From Balanoglossus misakiensis (Eukaryota; Animalia; Hemichordata): a DNA stretch of 64,000 nt. Shown here piece by piece: positions 38,801 to 64,000 of this stretch. Numbering within the stretch: position 1 is the first letter of the stretch; every line of letters begins with the position of its first letter. The translations under genes and the position numbers were made by a program. The notes below the pieces were generated by a model. That model made no database searches. It saw nothing but the letters and a program-made list of their open reading frames with translations, and was not told the DNA's origin. The stretch is from positions 4,101,060 through 4,165,059 of the forward strand of contig CM082583.2 in assembly GCA_040954595.2 (NCBI GenBank), written 5' to 3'.

Positions 38801-41714
38801 TTATTGTTTCATTTACAACATTTGTTTCATTGTGAGACCTAGTTTTATGGGTTATTTTTTGTCCTAGATCAATTAATGTAAATATAATTGAAGAGAACGA
38901 AAATTGAGGTTGTGTCTACAGAGGATAGGTACAAAATGTATGGGCTTATTGTACATGCTTCGGCCTCGTGTGGTTTGCGTGCCATTCAAAAGGGTAACCG
39001 TGAACCACGAAAACAAAAACTGTAAAAAAAACAGTCACGTCAGAAATCCTGCACATTGATTGCGCACTTTCAATGGAGCGCGGCGGTTCGCCAACACAGT
39101 GCAAGCTGTAGCTGGCCATTGTCTGGACAATTCGGAATGAATTGAAAAGGAGGTTAGGACTTCGTGAAAGTTTCAAATGAAGGATGGTCACGGTGGAAGG
39201 ACTCAATAGCAAATGTTTTCCGGTCTCGACGCCACTCATTTCAGATTGCCCGATAAAGCTAGTGAAGCGGGTCCGTAAACAGCTGTAATGCTCATGAAGT
39301 GTTATTTTAGTACGTTAAAGAAAGAGGAGCTGGCACCGATGACCGCAATGGCGCGTGGCTGGACCAGTGGCTTGAACACTGACCCGTGGCCTTAAAGTTA
39401 AAATAATATTATATTATATCATGTTACCACCCGCCATTCTGATTGGACGAGAGCTCAATCTAGTGATGCTAAAATAATGAATAGGCACGTGGTACATATG
39501 TCGCGAATTGCACCCAATCTCGCGTATACACGCCTGCGATGGGGGAGGGGGTTATTGTTTAATAATGCACAGGTGTTCTTGTCTCCTTTATCATATGCAT
39601 TGTACCATAAATCTGATGACAGCCACCGACCGACCCTTTAGGGCACGTAACACAGGTCTTAGTCAATTGATTTATTGATTGATTGATAAAAGATGGCGGA
39701 TAAAAGGGCACCATAAGCCTGCTTGCCCTTTTTCAGTACCGTTCAATATTGTAAAAAAAACTGCAATAGTGCGTTATGAATTGCACAATCCAAATGTCAC
39801 TATTTCCAACTGGTAGGTTTTAACAAGGTGTGTAATGGTGAAATACCTAATGCTGCATTTTTTATGGCAGGTGTGTTATATAATAATGCTCACCTTTAAT
39901 AAACTATGAGGAGTTCTTCATCTGCTGTGAGCACTTCACGGAAAACTTGGTGACCGCTGTGAACTCGGTGAGTGTTTGATTTAACGGGTGAACAATAAAC
40001 TAGGGCGAACTCATTGCAATTGCTGCATTGAAAGGTCAGCTAGTGTTTGTTTGGCAAATGGCCGACAACAGATGGTAACAGAGTGTGTGTAGTACACCCC
40101 ACGCACATCACCCATAGCAATTACAATCAATATATCTCCAGCAGCTCAAACGGTTCAATTAGCATTGCAGCAGCCACTGTGATATCCGATATTCTGGAAT
40201 ATTATATCTCAGTTGACTTTGGTGAGACCAAGAAGTGAAACGTTTGAAAATCGGTCGTTATATTATTACCATAAATGAGACATTCGATCATTTTACAAAT
40301 TGAAGTGCTCAATTCATCGACTGACATATATGCTTCCAATGGGCATTATATTCTGTCAATTAAGCATATCTATCGATTTTCTCGTGTTGGCTTTGATCAT
40401 TGTCATTTCGTTCGTCTTGCGATACGAGACGGGGCGATGAATAAGCTTATAAAAGGCGCAATTTCATCGGGGTACTACTAGTATACTCTCGCGGTGTTTT
40501 GTTCTTTTTGTTTCATACTTTAATGTCAAATCCCCCGTCATAAACAAATGCAAAGCTCTTTCTGGAGAACAAGCTCACACGACACAGAGGCTTAATTTTG
40601 ATGATTCATGTAATGGGTACACGTTATTGATGAGGACACACTATTGTTCCCACATAGGAGATGTGCAGGTACTGGCGTGTCAAAAATAAAAGTAGCGAAA
40701 ACTATTAGCTAAAGGTCAAGGTAACTTGACAGCTGTTCCAACATCACATTTTGCAGATTACAGTGTAGGTAAGGTGGGGACTGCTCAAATTAATGATTAT
40801 TGTCATTTTTTCAGAATTTTGTATCCATAGTTTAACAATAGCTTTAGTAAGAAAAGCAAAACGAAAAAGAAACGTCAACATCTCATTTCTTCAATGAAAG
40901 TCACCTCAAATACCCCTATCCCATGCATTTCCAGATAAACTTTAATCTTCATTGAAATTCGTCAATCTGGACAATGAAACGCATGCGCAATAAACTGCCC
41001 TGAGAATATCGTCATTTTGCCGAGATAATTTGCTTCATCGGTTTAATACTTTATTTGGGGTTAGGAGCTCCTCAAATACCCAACTTAATCCAGTCCAATT
41101 TTCAAACAATTTAATCAGGATCACTCAACAAATTGCTCTGAGAATATTAACATTTGCCAGATTTGTTATATACTTTATTCGAATACATTAGAAACACATG
41201 TTGGCTGCGTTGTTAACGTTGCATGCTCTGTCGACTTAAGGAAATGTCGTACGCTTCCATGAAAACGTATCTAAAGTCACCAAAAGGCGATTGGTCCACT
41301 TCTGTCGGTTCTTGGAGAGCTTGTCGTCTGCACGAGCATCATAACTTTTCCCGCCGAAAGCAACTTGTGACGATCCGTTGTTACCAACCAGGTCTGAACA
41401 CAACGGAATGAGCACAATTAGGTCCTTCCAACTTTGTTTCCAGGACACTCAATCAGTTAAGAATGTACGCGCAGAACGTACACAGGAAAACAGCGCGCAT
41501 GTGTCTCTCTCCCATAGGATTACATTCATAAAAGCTAGAAAACATACTTCTACTATTGTCATTTTCACGACATTTTACACACAGCTCAGTCCAGTAAATA
41601 TAAATTCATTGGCCAAATAAAATACCTACAACATTCTTTTTACTAGCAACGAATGCCAAACTAGCAACACCGGCTTTCTTTGAGGGGGCCACCGGCTTTC
41701 TTTGAGGGGGCCCG

Positions 41715-42816
41715 ACACGTTATCTCTAAAATTGTAACAACGTCACAATTTAGTAGACAAAGAGGCGCCCCCCCCCCCCCATCCCTATTGCGCAGTTGAA
41801 GTACGTGCGTGTTGAGAGAGACGTGTCGACTCGAACGCTGCTCTAGGAAGCTCGTAGTTACCTTCTTACCGGGACATTTGTACTTGAACGGACTGGGTTC
41901 CTCCCACTTCAGGTCGGTAGATTCCTGTGAAGCAGAGACGTGAATTTTGCCGTTCCTAGTGCCGCGGGTTGCAGTGTATCCCGTCTGTTGAACTTTTTTA
42001 GAGATTGAGATGAGAATTAGCAGTGTAGGATAGAGACGACGTACCAAACTGCCGTGTTGTATTCTGAATTTGTGTTGAAATAAATACGACGGAAGAGTTT
42101 GAACGGCATTGCTGTGTGGACTGATAGTTTTGTGGCAAATTCGGGCGTGCGAGGCCGCGGCTAACCTTGCCGCGATCACCCGGCCGCTTGAGAACTTTCT
42201 CGACCTACGCACGAACTTGTTGTTTGTGGAAGCAATCGTGACAGGTTACGTTGTTTGAAAAAAACGTTGACGCGTCAATGCGCCCAGCGGCGGACGCCAC
42301 ATGAATTTTTCAGATCTGGCTTTTTCAACGTGTTTGTTTGGCGTTCATGATTTAGTATATATCCATGTTCTTGTTCCGCTATTTCCCATTCCGAAAACCC
42401 CAAAGTTTTGACTAGAAAAGGCCTCAGACACCTTCATATGCTGTCCGGCAGCCGGGTGGGATATCCGACCGCGGTGCAGCTCAAAGTGGCGTGGAGCTGG
42501 TAATGTTGGGAACAGTGCAGCCGGCCGGTGGATCGACGTCTTAGCCTACACTTTCATACCCGCCGGCGTGCGGCAATCGGGAGGAACCCAGTCCGTTCAA
42601 GCGCAAATGTCCCGGTCAGTAGGTAACTACGAGCTTCGTAGAGCAGCGTTCGACACGCTAAACAACTCTCGTCGTCCGTGTTCAAGTCAGTCTCCTACCC
42701 CTTTCTGTTCACGTCTCTCTCTCAACACGCACGTACTTCAACTGCGCAATTGGGATGGGGGGACGCCTCTTTGTCTAGTACATTGTGACGTTGTTACAAT
42801 TTTAGAGATAACGCGT
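41715..42816. mobile_element. Non-autonomous foldback-type element with ~190-bp terminal inverted repeats
   Basis: 41715-41904 is the reverse complement of ~42579-42816, with a ~50-bp insertion in the right arm. The interior has no recognisable transposase. Confidence 0.8.
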
Positions 42817-44075
42817 TGCTGGCATGAAAGAAATACGATGTTGCCAGTTTGCCGTTTGGTGCTGGTAAAAAGAATTCCGTGGTAATGTGGTCACCGCGCT
42901 ATATTTTGAGATGAATTTCGTTAAACTATTTGCCCGTAGACAGACCATTGGTGAAAAATGCCGAGTCAGCAATTTTCTTCTATTATCGACTAAATTCGTG
43001 GCTCTGTATTTCAAAAACAAGCGCAGTGAACGTACATCTCTAATTGTCATGATCTGCGGCATTTGTGGCGATGAACGAGTTTAATAATTTAAGGGAAAGA
43101 ATGCGTAGGCGACAAAAACAACCTGTTGAGGAAATCGCGACTTCGACCCATCGACGTCAGTAAAACGTTCCATTACCTGTCGAAGAAAAAGAGTGCATGA
43201 TCGATTCATTAATGACAGGGATTGCCAATGACAATGATACAATGGGCATTCACTTCTGTGTCAGTGTCAAAGAATACCTTCGAAATATGTGCATTTCGTT
43301 TTCAAATGAGTTGGGTGCGAACTGCTCCTGGGCGTTTTGAAGGTAAAGCCCTTGATATGTTCCGCCTATTGATACAAAGAGTTTAACTACTTCATAATTG
43401 ATGACATGATTGTATGCCATCCTTTCTTACCTCTTAATATGATCAATTCTACTTGTAATGTTATTAACAAGAAATGCACGCAGAGTCACCATAAGGCGTA
43501 AATGTTTGAAAACGTCGGCGTTTTCTAAAATGCAGAGTACACATGGGAATACCGGGACACGCATTGGAGTAAATTAGGGTAATATTTTGACAGTTCCGAT
43601 TAATTATTGTTTTAGAAAGGAGTAAAGGAGTCTTGGATAAGCGCTCGCCATGGAGAAGGATATTAAAATACATGCGCTTGCTGACCGACAGTGACAACGT
43701 TTGGGTACTGATGAGAAATTACATGCACCTACATGTACCATCAAATAAGAACCGATTTTTCCAACATCTACTAATCAGACTGTCGTGTATTTGACTAGAA
43801 GATAGGATTGAAGTAAACACAAATGAATAATTTTGATTTGAAATATATAATTGTGGAAAATCGAAGGTTTGGAAAGATATCCACTGTGATTTCAAATTTC
43901 GAAAGTAGAAATGTACAAATAGTATTATGACAACCACCCCGACATGTTCAAGTCTCCAAAATCCATAACCGCCTACAAAACATAAAAAGTATATAGACAG
44001 CATTTAATTTTTCCTTGTGGTCGACATATTGAACAAACGTTGCACTGTAAAATTTAAAACACCCATAGTGACCGC

Positions 44076-44189
44076 TAGACTGAAAGATTCAGTCGTGTGC
44101 GGGCGCTCTGGCTCGCCGCCTAAGAACCTTTCCAGGAACGAGGCATACCGGAGCGCCCGGTCCCGCACACGACTGAATCTTTCGGTCTA
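44076..44189. mobile_element. MITE with TAG...CTA termini, 28-bp TIR and a 9-10 bp TSD
   Basis: TAGTGACCGC|TAGACTGAAAGATTCAGTCGTGTGCGGG ... CCCGCACACGACTGAATCTTTCGGTCTA|AAGTGACCGC. Confidence 0.88.
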
Positions 44190-44989
44190 AAGTGACCGCC
44201 ACCAAGCAGAAATTGACGACGAAGCCCAACTTCTGTCACTTCTTGGCTAAATACTTGATATGAACTTGAGAGACATTCAACGACGATCGTCCATGTCTCC
44301 CTTGCTGGAGAGGGGGGGGGGGGGCTTTTTTGCTTCCACAACGGGAATTTGGAAATCAGGGTACATTTTGGGGGACTTCTCACGCGGCAGGCCAAAGTCA
44401 GACTTCACAACGGGAATGTTGTGCAAAAAGGATGTCATGACCCCGATTCCTAGATTTTCAAGAGCTTAGTTTTTTTTCTGTGGCGGTTTAAAGTTGAATA
44501 ATTGGGACGTCCGTGAAGGTCATTGTGACTTCTCGACCGACCAGGCGTGAAGTCGACCAGTATGCTTGACAGGTCAACGTAATGTGAGGTATATCAGCGT
44601 TGTTGTTGTTTTTTCTGCGTGAATTTTAAAAACGAAAGTGGAAGCGAATTCGTCTATCTTAAAACTGCTGCAAATCGCTAATGCAATACAAAGAGAATGC
44701 ATTTACAAATTTTGGTGGACAAAATGAATTATCTGATAGTTGCGTAGTGATCGTAACAGCGAAAGTCTGCGTCAAAATTTTAATTTTCATTCCTGGGGGC
44801 GCTCTAGCATTTTCGCTTCAAAGTGAGCACGTGACATATTATAAATATATATAAATATACGCGTATGTAAATGTCATGTTGATGACACACTAGTACTTCT
44901 GACACAGAAAAAAAATTGGAATTGGAAATATTTCTGTCCTGGTATATCATGTATATATTCATGTATGTGAATCGACGTATTATTTGCAA

Positions 44990-45330
44990 ACTCGGAAATT
45001 CCACCGAATTTTCCAGATGACGGCGAAAATGCGACAATGATGCCGACTAAGCGAATTTCCCAGACTCTGCCGCCTGATTGGCGGTTATTTATATACGGAT
45101 GCGGGGAAATCCCATACAAGAAATATGACGTCACATTACTCCCAGTAACAATAACAAATCCTCCCCTCGACAATGTGTTCATTGACACCGGTAACTTTGC
45201 GCTCAGAAGAGGTCTTATAGAAGGCAGAGACGTCAGGCGAACAATAAGACGAGAAGCGAAGACTTAAGTACTGAAGTCGTTCTCAAATAAGGTAAGAGTC
45301 CAGAGTTGTGTCGTGTCTGTTCCGGGAAAT
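44990..45330 (+). promoter_or_regulatory. Putative promoter and first non-coding exon of the HELZ2-like gene, with NF-kB, CRE, CCAAT and STAT motifs
   Basis: GGAAATTCC 44994; reverse GGGAAATTCGC 45051; reverse CCAAT ~45077; GGGGAAATCCC 45103-45113; TGACGTCA 45126-45133; donor AAG|GTAAG at 45291; TTCCGGGAA 45320-45328. Confidence 0.55.
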
Positions 45331-47130
45331 CGTGTATAATGCAACATTTTTTTTACTTTTTGAGGGATAATCTCTGTGTGTAACTATTGTACGTTTGGGA
45401 AGCGATCATGATGTTGAATGTGCTACTCTAAGTGCTATGGTAGAAATAGTCAAACGGCCAGTTGCAATCTCGTATTAAAAGCCCTCTTCTAAAAAGCAGA
45501 ATCCTCGAGACAATCACGTGTGATCTGGGAAAATAACCTTCACGTTCATATATGACGGACGGGTTTGTCATGTCCTTCAGCTTTGGCCGGCAATTTGATG
45601 CCGTGTGAATGTCAAAGCGCAGAGTGGATTGAGCGACATTTTATTTAGTATGCACTTTAGCATATGTCGCCTACCTTGAATAGCATCACGTTTTTCTTGA
45701 TAATACACTTGATTTTTTTCTGTTTTATTGTATAACACAACCGAATAAAGCGCTTATATCAAAGGATAGGCGTACATCATCGATTCCACTGAATTGAAAC
45801 TTTGTGCTGCTTTTGCGCATGCGCATAGGATCATTTATAGTTCAAGGAAAACATACGTTCACCAAATTTCAGCGTATCAGAAGCGAAAGAGAAAATAAAA
45901 TCGTACAGGTAATGATTATGAATACAATGTAATAGGTACGCAGTTATGAAAGGTTGCATGTTGCAAAGCGCGGAATCAAGCCGTAACAAATACATTCAGC
46001 GTATCAGAAACGAAAGAGAAAATTAAACCGTGCAGGTATAAATAATAATAATAATAATATTTATTTCTTACACACGCACTACACATACGTCTCAGTGCGA
46101 GTTACAAAAGACGGTGATAAAAGAATCATAAAAGCAGCAGAAAAATTAAAAAAGTCTCAGTTAAAATTCCCAATTAAAAGTCCGTCTAAAAACCATACAG
46201 AATTAAGATGATCCTAAAAATTCAATCACAAATATGATAAATATAGATGTATGTACTTGGAGATAACAGTTTGCATATTGCAAAGCGCGGAATCACACCG
46301 TGGAAAGACACTCACGAATAATTGTTACCAGTCGATCGACTCATGATTATTAGTCCCAAGCCGTGGACATTGAAATTCTTCAAAACTGATGCGAATGCGA
46401 TGCGAATTCTTAGTCTCGTTTGATGACCTCTGCCACTGGCGTGAAAATACGAGTGGACAACTAATCCGTGAGGGCGAGCAAGAACAGACTCCGAGGGCTG
46501 GCCTCTCAACTTGAACCTGCGGTCGCTCGCGGGCTCTTGCGGCTTTTTTCGTTTTGTTTGGTAGTCTGACATGCGAGAATAGAACATCAGTGTTTGCCCG
46601 CACAGCTAGCTTCAGTGTCATTTGTGCTGTGAAAACAGATCAACTTATGTATTGTAAGAGATTATCAAACAACACATTGGAAGAATTAACGGGAATCTTG
46701 TTTTGTGAAATATTTAAATGAAATGAGTGGGCGCTCACCGTAATCTTTCCACCGAGATTTATAGACCTCTTAGTCTGTTGACTTATATTGTGTTCAGGAG
46801 AACGACCGGCCATCACGTGATACTTATCTTACCTGTTTAAAGCTATTGTTCTGAATTCCTGGTACTGTGCTATTGTTGATTGGCTCAATCGTGACCTGAA
46901 GTGAACTGTGTGTAAGTGGGGGCGTTCTCACATCGGTGCCTATGAGGTGCGCATGCGTACCTTTTATAGTGAGTAAATCATAGGCTGGGCAGAAATCTCT
47001 CATGTAGGTCTTCTGATAGTTGTCTGGGGTTCGGCGACCAGACAAGACAGGGTTAACGACTTTACACGGAGATTTTGGCACACTTCCCACAATGACGTGA
47101 GAATCCATATCAGGGACATGGGTGTACTTC

Positions 47131-47203
47131 GTCACGTGGTATAGCAGGGTTGCTGACTACAGCTTTGAGCGTCACGTGGTATAGCAGGGTTGCTGACTAC
47201 AGC
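47131..47203. repeat. 40-bp period tandem duplication containing an E-box
   Basis: GTCACGTGGTATAGCAGGGTTGCTGACTACAGC occurs twice. Confidence 0.9.
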
Positions 47204-48269
47204 CCTTTTCAAGGCCGTGGGAGGCTGATCTAGATTACTGATGACAACAGTCACACCTGAGACTAACGCTAATTCCGAAGTATGTGACTATAAAAAGGTG
47301 TGGCCAGTGGTGTGGCCGGCTGATTCGCAGTTTGGCTTTTCGGCTTGGCCTGGCGTCCGTATCCTAGTATAACTACCAAAGCTGGGGACATCCAATCACC
47401 AAAACTACATGTATCATGAAATCCAAGAGCCATCGAAATCTTCTCTGATGAAGCAGTGCAAATTTGCCGAATAACTACTACCTTTATTAAAATGCATTCT
47501 GCTAACTGAGTTGTATAAATGTACTGTGGGGTCGACAGAAGTTCAAGAGCAAAATTTCCTGTTCTGATGTATTTAAAAAATGGTTACCTAAAATCAAATC
47601 AATATAGCAGAAAAAGTAACCAAATGAGAAAAAAAGTTGAACGTTTTTTATACGCCAACTTTACAAAGAAAGCTACCTCACAGGACAAGTTAAAGCTCTT
47701 GTGATTATATAGAAGCGGGAGTTAGCTTTTCATGTAAACAAGGGTAGGGTAACACTAATAACGTGTAACCAGTCCAAATTCCAAACCTCTTTGAGTATAA
47801 CCTAGCTCCCTCTAGCGTTGGTTTCAGATTTTACTTTGTCAATGTGCGTATATTCCATTCAATTAAGATTGTGATGTGTATGTATACGCACGGCAGTTAG
47901 GGAAACCAAGCCACACTTTGGATTTAAAACCAACTACATATACATGTATTTAATTAAACTGTGTGAACGAAAAGTATCGATTGACTGACTCGGTCGCTTG
48001 AATCACGTGGTTAAAAGTCAACATTGCTTTATATGAAAGGTTGTACTTTTAGTTCATGGCCGGTTATTCGGTTAATCTTTCCAAATCACATGGAAATTAA
48101 TCCCCGATTCCTGATTTGGCCCACCGGACAGACCAAGTGTTACGACCCATTCGTTTTTCTTTGTCACAGTGAGGCACGGCTATATATGCTGTATGCACAC
48201 TTCATGATACACAGTCAAGATTAAACAGTTCCGACGGAGAAAAGGGAAAGACAATTGGCGACTGCGACA

Positions 48270-63697
<15,428 letters not shown>

Positions 63698-64000
63698 GTA
63701 AGTATAGTATTTTCATTTGTCTTCTTCAACTCTTTGTCAGTTTTGTATTTAGAGAAATATAAAGTGGGGGGAGTAAACTAAAATCGTCTCTTTTGAAGTA
63801 GTTATACTATTAGTTCCAAAATTATGTCTGGGTGAGGTTTTTCTCATTCGAATTCGATTCGGAGCACAGTGGGAGCGTGGATAGGGAAAGCGCTAGTCTT
63901 GCTCCAAGACTGTGTGATACTGAAAATGAAATGCGCGTCCGTACAGAACGTCCTGTGGACGCGACGCTAATCACACAGTCGCTTTGCCTGGCGGCGCGTC

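Noticed and set aside
36000-41600. Scattered 60-120 aa ORFs in the intergenic region
   Set aside because: No domain motifs and no consistent splice-phase chain.
41661-42212. 183-aa minus-strand ORF inside the foldback element
   Set aside because: Non-ATG start, runs through the inverted arm, and has no transposase or other recognisable motif.
47131-47203. 33-bp direct repeat as a CRISPR-like array
   Set aside because: Only two copies, a 7-bp spacer, eukaryotic intron context and no cas genes.

Overview
Eukaryotic (metazoan) genomic DNA: AT-rich, with GT-AG introns, microsatellites and MITEs. Gene content suggests a marine invertebrate deuterostome such as an echinoderm or hemichordate (inference). 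From left to right: (1) first coding exon of SNX27 (minus strand; the gene runs off the left edge); (2) a 3.43-kb head-to-tail duplication carrying two copies of a 2-exon stathmin-domain-like gene; (3) two intronless, plant-type polyamine oxidase genes, each with a signal peptide, a GPI-like tail and an unusual GC..DA.NY...AT.DDGSC module; (4) a complete 18-exon FN3-type receptor tyrosine kinase with a non-RD (HGD) catalytic loop, whose large intron holds an antisense, partly decayed C2H2 zinc-finger gene; (5) about 12 kb of intergenic DNA with several non-autonomous transposons; (6) a large HELZ2-like gene (TPR, zinc fingers, degenerate SF1 helicase, intact RNB nuclease, intact SF1 helicase) running off the right edge, preceded by a cluster of NF-kB, STAT, CRE and IRF-like motifs. 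Exon models were built by hand from splice signals and reading-frame phase. No database searches were run. No rRNA, tRNA or CRISPR array was seen.
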